The translations under genes were made by a program, and so were the position numbers. From Bugula neritina (Eukaryota; Animalia; Bryozoa): a DNA stretch of 64,000 bases. Positions 24,946-64,000 of the stretch are shown here, piece after piece. Location: NCBI GenBank assembly GCA_964035545.1, contig OZ037770.1:11924463-11988462 (forward strand). Direction: 5' to 3'. The notes below the pieces were generated by a model. The model did not search any database. It worked only from the letters and a program-made list of their open reading frames with translations, and was not told where the DNA came from. The number at the start of each line of letters is the position of its first letter. Position 1 is the stretch's first letter.

Positions 24946-27513
24946 ATGGAAACCTCAGATTCGGGTTTATGTAATGGTGAAAGTTTCTCTGCATTTGGCA
25001 TGAAAAATGTGTCTGTGGAGTCAGGGAAATATGACAGCCCTGAAGAAGGAATTACTTCTGTTGTATTGGTTGTAGAAGGGAGGAAACTTCATTATACCAG
25101 AGAGGTTTGTACATTGAAGATAGGATAGCTGACTGTAAACTGTGTGTTTTTATAGATAACCAACAGTGATGGTCTATAAACAAGTTATCAATATGGTTAT
25201 CCATGCTCCTTGGTGTCCTTCCAGTGCATGAATTTGATACTAGTAACCCTGTGCACCATATAATTAGTGTCTATTTATGTGAACTCTGTGCATGATGAAA
25301 ATATACTAGATGTGAATACTTTCTATATATAAAATTCTTCTTAACCTATGTGTAAATACTTAGCTTGACATATACTAACATTTTATCCCACTCAGTGACT
25401 CAGAGATTAGTATTGTTAATTGTAATATAGCTGTTTTCATTCTTTGCATCATCGATGACTGAGATTAATTTTAAAGGCCTCACTGATTTAAAATGCTATT
25501 AAACTTGCAGTTTAAATCTTTATAAAAATACATTATAGTCTCTAGCTAAATTTCTTTACTAATCTGATCTTCTTTCTCCCCCCCCCACCTCTTGTTAAGC
25601 AAAACAGTCTTATTTCCAGTTAGTTAGTAGATTGTAATATTATTTATTTACATACAGCTTTTAGCTATGGCTTCTCCAGTCTTTAAAGCTCAGATGTGTA
25701 AAGAGACTGGATTATATCAGGAGGAAGTTGAATTACCTGGAAAGAGGTATCAATCAGTTGTGTGGATGTTAGACTATCTAAATCCTAGAATCAGATTTAA
25801 CATGGCAGGTCTGCTTTTATATTTAAACATTTGCATACAAAAATTTGTGGTTTTGTATCTTCTAAAACTAATGCCATGAAAGCGGTGAGATTTTTTCAAA
25901 CCCATGACCACTGGAAAATATAGAGTAGAGCCAATTATACTGGAATCCTCCAATTTTCAGCTGTACAGAGAAATCGTAAAGCAGATATTAATCGAATGTC
26001 TATCATATTATATAAAGAAGTTAACAAAAAGAAGAAGTAGAATAACAAATCAGTTTATAATAACTTAGTAAATGTAGTATTACCTGCAAAATTTGATTCA
26101 CGCCTTTTACAACAATTATTGATCATACGTGTCTTTGATAACTTTGAAATTAAAATTTGAAAGCCCAACAATTTACAAAAACAACATAATTAACATGGGT
26201 AGCTTTTGATTTAGGATAATATAAAATTTTGTTATTCCTGCATTATAAAATTTACATCGAATGCATAAAATATTATTAACTATATACTTTAACCTTTTTA
26301 TTATTTTTTCAAATAGTAATGTAATTCATCTACCTAACACAGCATTTGGTATGTCTCTTTCTATATATTCACCATACTATAATTAATAAACTTTCATATT
26401 TAGAAGCAACTGCAACTAGTGTATATTATCTTTTACAGACGAGAAAGCAGTGGCTCTCCTCCCATTGGCAGATGAGTATAAAATGGAGTTGCTAAAAGAA
26501 GACTGTGAAAATACGTTACTGAAAGTAACACCAAGACTGGAGTTAGTCACTCTTGCTCTCAAGTATAACCTGGAAAACTTATTGAAACATGCTAAACAGC
26601 AGTGTGTAACAAGTTTAAGTCATAAACAACTTGAAAAGCAAAGAAAACGGTCTGAAAACAGAAATGTTGACTTGGAAGTATACATAGAAATTCTCTGGTA
26701 AGATTTCCAGTTTAGATTTTTAACTTCTGACGTGTGCCATACATTTTCACATTTAATTGGTAGTTATAAACTTTTAAAATAGTCTTTGACCACATTTTGA
26801 ATCAAATAACACTCTAACTCCCAATTTACGATGCTTATTGACAGTGTTAAATTAAAGTCTGCTGATCATTTTTAAAATGTTTTTCGTTTCTTCTCAGCAA
26901 AGCAGTTCAAGATTCTCAACATAATGAAAAAAGAGAGACAATTCATAAAAATACATTTGTGGAAGATAATATAAAAATGTTGCGATACAGAGATATGTTT
27001 TGTGCAAGCAGCTTAGATTTTATAAAAAAGCCTGAAAAATGTAAAAAAGGTTCAAAAATTTTAAAACTGTCTATAATGTTTAATTTGCATTCTTAGAAAA
27101 GACAAAACATGGTGATTGCAAATCAAAATATACAGGCAGGAGAGTCATTTCAACATGTTTCATCGTGAATTCACCATTAATGCTCTACTTTTTTTTAAAA
27201 TAGAGTTTATTTTTGTAACTTGATAGATATTTAGCAAATAATGCCTCAGATATATACAAAAAATTAGCTATAAAACAACTTTCATAAGATTTTGACTGAA
27301 ATCTGCTAACAAATATAGAAAAAGTGTCCTATTTATTGTTTTAGCAAGAAGTTGGATAAGTATGCAAGTGTTAGAGCCCCAACAACTGTGGCAGCTCCAA
27401 CAGCTACGGCAGCTTCGACAGTTGTGCCAGTTGGTGGATTATTTGGAACTTCCTCAAGTACCCCATTTGGAGGTAGCGGTTTTGGTTCCAGACCGGGTGG
27501 CATGTTTGGGTAG
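24946..27513 (+). CDS. BTB/POZ protein with C-terminal FG tail, copy 3 (exons 24946-25104, 25658-25808, 26439-26697, 27345-27513; 245 aa)
   Basis: In-frame GT-AG joins; the last exon encodes ...VVPVGGLFGTSSSTPFGGSGFGSRPGGMFG*. Confidence 0.85.
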
Positions 27514-29659
27514 TTTAACAAAGTAACAATTAGTTACCTGACTTTATAACTCTTCATTGGCATCATATTATAGTATAATTTGTTAATGTGTCTATCAAGT
27601 AACATTTTCAGCTTCTAAAATAAAGTCACATAATTTTAAGGTTATAATATAAATTTACATACATTTTCACTAATCAAAGCTCTTTAGTCATCAGCCCTAT
27701 TGTTCATTAAAATGGTTGCTAATTTCCTATTTTTACGCTGTACAAATAAATTCTATAAATCAAGGAGAAGAAAATACTATAAAAAGTAATATTAGAAGCC
27801 ACAAAATATTAAACTTCGTGTAATGCATTATTACCACACTCTACTATCATATGTTAGAAAATATTATAGTTCTCAGAAGTACTTATATTAATTTAAAATT
27901 TTTTTCTACTTGTTCTAAATTTTCCAAAGAAATAGAATTGTGAAAGAAAATATGAACATTTACTGTTGATTGATTTTTAGCAATTTTTTCCCAAATTTGG
28001 ATTTTGTAACCACAATTTACTGTTTATATTTCCAAGCCAGCTGGGGGACTAGCTTATTATAATTAAGATGAAGAACCTGTTATATAAATATAGTTTTGGT
28101 AGTTGATCTGTTCCTTCGATATTCTTATTGTTTCAATAGTATGATCCTAAAGTTTTGGTATTGAAGTTGCATTTTAGTTTTAACCTCTGTTTTATTTTCT
28201 AATAAATAATACGCATATTGAATGTGTTTTATTCCAAGTGCTCAATTAAATGTATTGTAATTTATATAGTATGATATAAAAGTATAATACTATAACAGTA
28301 GTTTAGTTATTATGCAATCAGTGAATAAATTCAGCTTTTGTTTTGAATAGAAAAATCAGTTAATAAGACATGAAATGAGAATAAATGAAAGCAGTTTCAT
28401 ATGCTAGCTGTCATACAATACTCATATTGTATAGGTTTGGCTAAGCGAGCAGTTCTTGAATTTGTTTGAAAGTAGTCGACAGTGGTTATTCTGCACTGTA
28501 GTTTATACCTTCATCCCATTATATTGTTATCTATATGTTTAGGTGTAATTTTCTCTCAAAGGAAAATTAGGAGCCCGCTAAATATAATGACTATATAATA
28601 TAGAGCTAAATTGATTGATTGATTGCATATTACAGACATGACAACACGTTGCGAAATTCAATGTAAATACTTGCTATAATATAAGTAGGCATGGACAAAA
28701 ATGAAAGCAAAAAAGTTGAAAGTCATAACTCTGTTGGATTATTTGAAATAGAAGCTCAAGATGTCGCAAGAAGCTATCTCTGCCCCATGCCCCTCTATAT
28801 TTGATTGTTGGATATCTTCCATAGGAGCACTGACTCAGAAATTTATTGATAAAATAGTCATCGTCTATTATATATGTTAGTTGAATTTTCGTCCAATAAT
28901 ACCATTGTACAAATTGAACACATTTTAATGAGAATTATATATATTTAGATGAAATAGTAAGGTATGAAGGTATTTATTAGCAAAATATCAAAGTAAATTT
29001 ACAACCAGGTATGTTTACAACTTTGCATAATATAATGGCGCGGCAACACAAATCAGGAGCAGATAATTCCAAGATACACATAGCTTAAGCCTTCCAATCA
29101 TCTCCAAAAACCTTCCTTAAACACATTCTCTTATCTATGAAGCTAAATTAAGTCAAATTAAGAAGATTGGAGCTCTCATTGCCATATTTGGAAACACCAC
29201 TTCTCCTGTCACATCAGCACATTCTAGTCTCTGCTTATTCTTGTCAGGTTCAGATTTAGTCATGTGACCTAATCTTCATTAATTATTCCAACCAATTACT
29301 AACTCTGTGCAGTGGTGTGCTGAGTTGCAAGATTGTGAAATAAAAACTAGAGTAAAATGATAATATAAAAATGGACGAAAAAGTGGACGGACTTGAATAA
29401 AGTATATAAAAATAACAGAAATTTGCTTGAAAATGTTTCACATGTCTTGTAGATACAGAAAATAAAGAAAAAAACAATTTGTAATTTCAGATTGCACTAA
29501 AAACAGCAAATAATAAAATACTTTATATTACCATCGCCAAAACCAGGTGGTTCGCAATCCGAATGTCAAACTAAAACAGTTTTGTTGACAGCTGAGATGA
29601 TCATAAAAAGCTAAACAAAAAACTAAACAAGAAATTAAAAAGATTTGTTATTGTGAAAA

Positions 29660-56942
<27,283 letters not shown>

Positions 56943-59900
56943 TCTTCTTTTATTCTCTCAACCTAAATGGGATATTTTAGGTAATAAAAATAAGCCTTTA
57001 GTCTTTAGGCAACAAGTTGGGAAATAATTATTTTACTAGTTCAAAGTTTTTCGCTGTTAAATTATTACTTAAACCATTATTTTGAGCAACCGTATCTTTC
57101 AAAAATACAGCTTAGAAAAAAAGTGAGTATAATTAAGATTAGTTGCGGAAGCAAAGCAGTTTAAATTATAAAGTTTATGTAATATGCCAATATATTACTT
57201 GTTATTAGACAATAATTATTGTAAAATGTCTTGCACATCTTTGTTTTACTTATATGTAATGATAACTTTCAATTGTTAGAGTTTGTATGCACAAAGTATT
57301 TGTTTCGGCTGAGAAAATCATGGAGCTTTGATGATTTGTACATTGTAGAAAGAGTTCTCATTAGCAGCTAACGAAATTTAAAAGTACATGAGAGTGCATC
57401 CTAAAAGGAAAATTTAGTCACTCATGCTGACAAATCATGTTCTTTAACCACAAATGGGATCCATGTCACAAAAGTAAAAAATGCTGCCAAGTGTTAATTA
57501 GTGAAGAAAAACAACTGCTAAAGTTTCTCTTTTGTCTCATAAGATTACATCACTCATCCAAACCCTAGCAACCGCAAACAAAATTAACTGTTTCCAGCCT
57601 AGTTAAAAAATCTTAATGGGCTACCATAATAGAGGTGACTGTAACAATAGTAACTATTACTCTCAAGAGACAAAACTTAGGCTTTTCTAAGATGGGAAGC
57701 CAGCCCTAAGCTGTCAGAATAAATATTGAATAGCAACCCTCACAACAAACTATAAACTTGTGAGGACTAGTAACCAGTGAACAGAAACACAACTGAAAAT
57801 CAATCATAAATTCATGTGAGTTCATTAGATAATCAAGGTCCTAGGAGAATAATCATAGTTATCTGGTGATTACATGTTGCAGGATGAAGAAACCTATTGA
57901 AGATAGCAATAGAGGGCAAAGGAAATGATTGATTTAGTTTTCAAATAATTTTCTGCCATTCTATGGATTGTGAAATTCTGGTAATGTTTTAAAATTACCA
58001 AAAAAGTTATAATAATTATAGCCAGAACACAAATAGAAACATACTCAAATTAGGAAATAATTGATTTAGTTTTCCAAGAACTTTCTGCCATTCTATTTAT
58101 TGTGAAATTTTGTTAATATTTTAAAATTCATATTCATCAAGTGCAAAACCAACCCAAATGCCATTTGTTTGAAAACAAATAGAATTATGTATAAGCTTTT
58201 TTCTTCAGACTGTTAATGCTCAAGAAGGGAAAAAACTGCATTTTCATTTAACAAAAAATGGTAATTTCAAACAACTTTCGGTTTACCCAAACACTTTATA
58301 AAAAAATTAATGTAAACCTTATTCAGCTAGCTTTCAATGTAATTTTAAACAGTTTCCATAAGGTCAAAATACATTTCCAATTGTTCTGAAAGCCAAAATT
58401 ATTTTGGAAATAGTACTCCTTTCATTTAAGCATTAGTGGTTATAATAAACAATTCCATCTGCATGCGTTCTTTAAAAAGAGGTAGCAATTGGCTAATGGA
58501 AATAAAACCAACTCACCGACTGTTAGATAAAATTACCTTTTGATAGTCTATCCCATATATAGATATCACTATTCAAATAATGACACTACACTCAATAATG
58601 GCAGTATATAGTTGTATAATACTATGCAGTCAATACTGGAGTTGGCCTAGTAAAAGAAGCTATAGATGGGATGGTACTAGACAATATGTCACCATCTACT
58701 TGACTTTGTTCCACAAGTCTTGAAGTACCTTTACATGCTACACACAACTACCCCATAGAGTCATTTGAGCTTTCAGTAAACAGGAATGGTTCAATTGTGA
58801 AATATTTTAGACATCACATTAAAAAAAACAAGTACAGTTGAAACTTTTCATACCAAAGAAGCATTCAACTAGGAATCAAATACACACACTAATACACCAT
58901 TAACCAGTGTCAATGTTTTAAAATTGTATTGTCAACAATTGCATTTTTTCTGTCCAAGTTTTGCCACAAATTTTATAAAAAATTGAAGTAATAGAAAAAG
59001 TCGACAGTAATAATAGTTGTTCATGCAGGCTATAAAATAGACATATGACCGTAATCTGGAATATCGCCGCTAATTGAAAACCTGCATTTAAGTCAAGATA
59101 ATTTATTTTAAACAGCTGGTATTGTATTACAGTTAACCAAGAATATGTTCTCAGGTGATATTTTGCATCAAGACACAGAAAATGTTCCCAAGTGGCCAGT
59201 AGTATGAATATTGATGGACATTTCTAAGATAATTTTATGAAATGGGCATTTACCTCAAACAGTTTATCCACTTTGAAATTTTGGTTGGGTTTTGCCTTCC
59301 TAATATTAAACCTGGTTTACAACATTAATTTCATCAATATAAACATTGCAGAGTAAATATTCTGTAAGAATTTTAGGAAGCTAAATTAATACCCAAGACA
59401 ACATTTACCAGTGCAAAATTTTCAGATAACAATATGAAAATAGAGCTTCCAGATTTGCTAAACAGAATCCATATAAATGATGTGCAGTTAACTAGCAGAA
59501 AAAGCATCCCTTTCGTCAATTTTCCTTCTCAAAAATACATATCATCTTTTAAACTTTCACACACTAGCTGCTTTAGTGAATTAATTTACATAAAAATAAT
59601 CAATTGTAATAAATTCAAAAGAAATTCAGCTTCATTTTTCCCTGAATAGTAACAATATTTCCACATTTTTTTCTTCAAAAACTTAACTCAATTTGAAGAA
59701 AATGAAAGAGATGGTACCTGGATGTAGAAAGCTGAGTTATAGAAGACTGTAGTGGTGTGATCAGTACTCTTCAGCGTAGATATTCATGCAAAACCTGTAG
59801 AAATGTAGACATCATGCTTTCGGGTACCATGCTAAGGACAAAATGAGGCTACCTGTAGTTTCTACATATAATAGATATTGATAGCCTTTTACACAGTGTA

Positions 59901-60138
59901 TCTACTAAGTGATGAGTGCATCATTGAACTTGTGTTGGTTTTTGTTTACAAGTTACCATAGAAACACTGGATTTGATTGCACACAATCTTAATGAGTAGT
60001 AATGAATTTCCTTGTTACGCACATATAGTATAATTAGAGCTACATAGAATATGCAGAATTGTATATACAACAGAAGGCCTAGGAATTGGTATTAGAAATG
60101 GTATAACCTAAAGTATATTCACTCACCTTGCTCTAAAT

Positions 60139-60452
60139 CAGGCCTGTCCAACAAGCGATCCCACAGTCTAAATTTATGTGGCCTTCAAAGGCATACTATT
60201 TCACACACATATATGAATTAGAGTAAAATAAACCACCTTTCAAATGTCTTATTTATACACATGCTACAAAAACATGCAGCCGCAGTAATTATTGGGACTT
60301 CATTTTCTAATGATTCATAGGGATTTAAAATAAAGTAATTTGAAAAATACTGATGCTGTGGCCCTCAATTCAAGCTCACGTTTACAATGTGGCTCTCACC
60401 ACCGAAATATTCCATTTCAGTGGCCCTCGCCCTAAAAAGGTAGGAAACCCTG
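60139..60452. mobile_element. Non-autonomous hAT (Charlie-like) element / MITE
   Basis: Imperfect TIRs CAGGCCTGTCCAAC...GTAGGAAACCCTG, repeated subterminal GTGGCCCTC-like motifs, degenerate 8-bp flanks CTCTAAAT / CTTTAATA. Confidence 0.6.
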
Positions 60453-61419
60453 CTTTAATAAAGGTATTTTGCCATCAAATGCATAATCATTAAATAAGCA
60501 ATTCCAACTTGTGTGATGCAAAATATACGTTAATTACCAGGAAGACAAAATTTCCAAAAAGGGTATTAATTATACTCACATAGAGCATTTTAAAATGACT
60601 AACCTCACCTACTAGTTTTTTCCTTAGATCTTTGAATAAAATCAAAATTGTTAATCCACCACTTTAAAAATCAAGTTTAGGAGATTTGTAAAAATATATA
60701 CGAGTCTAGCTAAGCAAAATATTCAGCTTTAGTAAACAACCACATGCTACTTCACAAAGGATTAAATGAATTACGTAGATAACCAGTGTTAAATTAAGGA
60801 ATTGTTACAACTTGCCACTAACATTATACATTAATGTTTTCATAGTTATATGTAACATACAGGCCTATAACATTGCAGCCCGGGCACAAGAATAAGAGAG
60901 TCTAAGGTGGTGTCATTGCTACCAAACAAATGATGACCTTCCTCAAGAAAACCATGGCATTAAATCTGCATATAATGGTTGTATTTTTAAGACTTGATTG
61001 AAGAAACCAGAATTATTTTTATGTGCATAAAAATGAGTGAAAAAATACAAATGCAAAGAGTAACATAACAGTTTTACACCTGAACATGGAAAATTAATTG
61101 AATTTTCATGATAGAATTATTCATAATGACTACAACACAATTAGTAATAAATTCAACAGTAGTTCATGCCACTGCAACAATTGTCCAAAGGGTAAAAATC
61201 CATTAACCAATATTTTGGTAGATTTATACAAAATTGTTTAGTTTACCAATTTAAATGTCAAACTGAAAATATTTCATGAGGTGGAATTTTCAGAGAGAGA
61301 AACGAACAACACAGTAAATTAGAGAAATATAAGAATTGGGTCAAACCAGAACTTGTTCCTTTCACCTTTTTAAAAATACCAAACTTATGTACAATGTGAA
61401 AAAAACTATGTTCCGATTT

Positions 61420-61641
61420 TTACTGGGGTATTTCATTAGCTGTGATACAGTTGTAAACCCACTCTGCAGTTACTGCGTTACTACTACCACCGTCTCCCTC
61501 GTCCTTCTGCACAACGTAGTCTGCCACATCTTCATCTGCCTCCAGTTCACCTCCGTAGGCGATGACGTAACGTTTCAACTTCGCGTAGTCAGAGTGCTCT
61601 GCACTCAGATGAAAAGTTTTCCTCAGAAAAACATTTGTGAG
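61420..61641 (-). CDS. LIG3: Terminal exon encoding a BRCT domain; most likely the DNA ligase III C-terminus (XRCC1 BRCT2 is the alternative)
   Basis: After a tttcag acceptor: LTNVFLRKTFHLSAEHSDYAKLKRYVIAYGGEL...VTAEWVYNC...*; motif spacing fits the short LIG3 BRCT as recalled. Upstream exons not found in the window. Confidence 0.6.
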   Translation of the reverse strand, partial: LTNVFLRKTFHLSAEHSDYAKLKRYVIAYGGELEADEDVADYVVQKDEGDGGSSNAVTAEWVYNCITANEIPQ

Positions 61642-62894
61642 CTGAAAATAACAGATTTCTTTTGTAGAAGTGATAAAAAAATTCATTTTCATAATCAAAT
61701 ACTGTTACAATGTTGGACATGGTTCAATTCCACCTGGTACGCTTTCTTATCGAGCATTTCCCTAAATTAGTTATATCTTTGCTTAGATTAAATCAGACAT
61801 CACAGCTAAACTTCAATTTATAAAAGAAAAATCACTAACAACTTGTTGTTCCAGGGCTTTGCCAAACTATTTTGCTAAACATGTTTTGAATCAACACATG
61901 TATGTATGAAGGCATCTTGTATAGTGAATTTCCATGATTATTGTCCCAATTTTAACTTTAGATCCCAATTTGCCGGTGTGTACTAAATAAAGTAAAATGA
62001 CTCTCAAGAGTATTTTAGATGCCAATTGTGCTTCTTTCCACTGACTATTGTACATTAACACCGAGATGCAGTGTTAAACTTGAAAGACATGGTCAAATCT
62101 CAATACCACAACAAAATAATATAACTAACTAACACACAAAAACCTGCTCTTTGCCGTGACACCAAAGTTACCAAAATTTTTGGAGAATCGGTGCCAGCAA
62201 CAAATTTTAAAAATATGTTTCCATTGATTTTATTATGTCTTAAAAAGTCCTAGTTTGATTAATACAGATAAAATTGACTCATAGTTAAATACAGCCACAG
62301 AATTAAGTACAAAAATAAAGACAAGCAGGTAGCAAAGATTACGTCAGGCATTCATATTCTGGTTCTCCCGGGACATAACACAAAGTTCACTGCGTAATCC
62401 ACTCATCTTAAACATAGCAAGTTAGAAAAGATAAAAATAGCACAGGAAAAGGTGGGGAAACAAAGTTTCCAGTTCACAAAGTCCAAACATATTATGCTGC
62501 TATCATCATAATATGTTGAAACAACCAGATGGCAGAGTTTTGTTTCACATTAAAAACTTGTAAATAAAAGATGAAAATCTGAATAACAGTTTAAGGGGTA
62601 GTGGAGAACTTGTGAAGATACTCAGTCTATTTAACCCAACGCCATGAGAAATTAAAATATTTTGACATCAACATATGAGTTACACACTTGGTGTCCCCTC
62701 CTTAGTATATGGACCACTGCCACAGCGCCTTATATGTTTGGTGGTAGGAGAAAAGATCAGCCTTTCAAAAAGTGCGAAGACTGTCTCAAATATATCCGAA
62801 TTTTCTATTGGTTTTGGAACAGCAAGAAATAAATAATTATGAGACATTGCATTACAATGAGAAGGGGTAAGCCATGGCCTATTGGATGGCATGA

Positions 62895-63030
62895 CACATT
62901 TGTGCTAAGTGGTGGGTTTGAATCCCGACAGAGTCACTGGTGGTGTCAAGAAGAGCGTCTGGCCAAGACTGTTCTTTGGAAATCATCAATGTTGCCAGCA
63001 TATTGAAAAGCCGGCTTAAAACATTTGTAA
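62895..63030 (+). mobile_element. Degenerate SINE copy
   Basis: GGTTTGAATCCC B-box-like motif, then GGTGGTGTCAAGAAGAGCGTCTGGCC. Confidence 0.5.
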
Positions 63031-63124
63031 CATCAGTTTCTCAGAGGGATGGCGATTTTAAAACAATGCTGAGTTAATGACTAGTAAAGAATGACTATGA
63101 TGACACATGCATGTACAGTGGATA

Positions 63125-63341
63125 TATAAAACTCACACAAGTTTATAGTCACTATCTCTGTGAGAACCCCTGATGGAAAGGGCTTTTTAAAGCAGGCTAA
63201 GGACTTACTCAGATGGGGCACAGGAGAAATTATGACTGGATGCTCTTTCTAAAATCAACAATGGCCTTTACTGGGAATGGAACCCATGACCTCGTGTTTA
63301 CTAAGCCCAACAGTCTAATTTTTAGACAAAGGCTGCTTCCT
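63125..63341 (-). mobile_element. tRNA-derived SINE
   Basis: Reverse complement closely parallels 30886-31085. Confidence 0.7.
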
Positions 63342-64000
63342 GTACTGTAGATGTGTAGTTAGTAGAGGGTCACACAAACATTTTGTAAACCAGGTCAAAG
63401 TAGGTTGAACTAGCCACTTGTAATGTAATAATTGATCTGCATTAATTAGAATCAATACAATTGAGTGTAGCCCAAGTAACAGTAATCAAATAATCTAACT
63501 AACAGGTGAAGAACAAGATAACATCATACTTAATATTCCTGTCAGATTCATATTACTAAAGTTTATCTGCAGCACAATATGGTGTTCAAATGTAAAGATA
63601 ATAAGGGCAGGTGCAGGATTGAAAAAAAATGAAGGCCTGTGTTCTAATCATAAATTACCAATAGTTATACCCCACAAAACCCAGAAGAGGAAAGCTAAGC
63701 ACTGAGGCTACCAATAACTGACCTCATGCTACACTGTAGACTGCTAAATGTAAGAGTTCAAGCAATGCTAATGACACTATCTTTTGCTGATATGGGTTTG
63801 AATTATACAACTCAGAGTAATACACTTGTATTCAGGATATCATTACGTCACTGCCAGATCAGTGGCACAACTATGTTTCCTTTAGACTAACAGCAGTCGG
63901 GGAACATAATATGTTGAACTGAGAAATAAAAAATTTAAAGCTTGCCCAACATCTCTAAATAACATCCACATATAATTTAATTTATGTGGTGCATAAAAAT

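Noticed and set aside
27333-27521. Minus-strand Pro-rich 62-aa ORF
   Set aside because: Antisense of the BTB copy 3 FG-tail exon.
28700-29280. Faint RT-like fragments (IDD, YLGI) on the minus strand
   Set aside because: Multiple stops and frameshifts; cannot be supported by eye.
58300-59400. Possible decayed CR1/L2 LINE on the minus strand
   Set aside because: Only weak motif echoes; needs a profile search.

Overview
AT-rich, intron-containing animal (invertebrate-like) genomic DNA; the exact organism cannot be determined. Left half (1-28.6 kb): the first coding exon of a minus-strand gene leaving the window, then a tandem segmental duplication. It carries two copies of a small single-pass PPxY-motif membrane protein gene and three copies of a 4-coding-exon BTB/POZ gene. 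The last exon of the BTB gene, missed by the ORF track, encodes a Nup98-like GLFG/FG tail in two copies and is cut off by a stop in the third. Inserted into this region are an intact Penelope-like retroelement (RT + C-terminal GIY-YIG, Hydra-clade-like) with apparently perfect 218-bp inverted pLTRs each carrying a hammerhead ribozyme, a separate orphan hammerhead inside a (TA)n tract, a solo LTR, a decayed Gypsy pol, SINEs and large microsatellites. Right half: a ~27-kb multi-exon minus-strand MUC4/SUSD2-type transmembrane mucin (signal peptide, S/T repeats, EGF, TSP1, NIDO-AMOP-VWD, cadherin-like, ~20 EGF, TSP1, furin site, TM), and the terminal BRCT exon of a probable DNA ligase III gene. 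The most novel-looking observation is the BTB + FG-repeat protein family.
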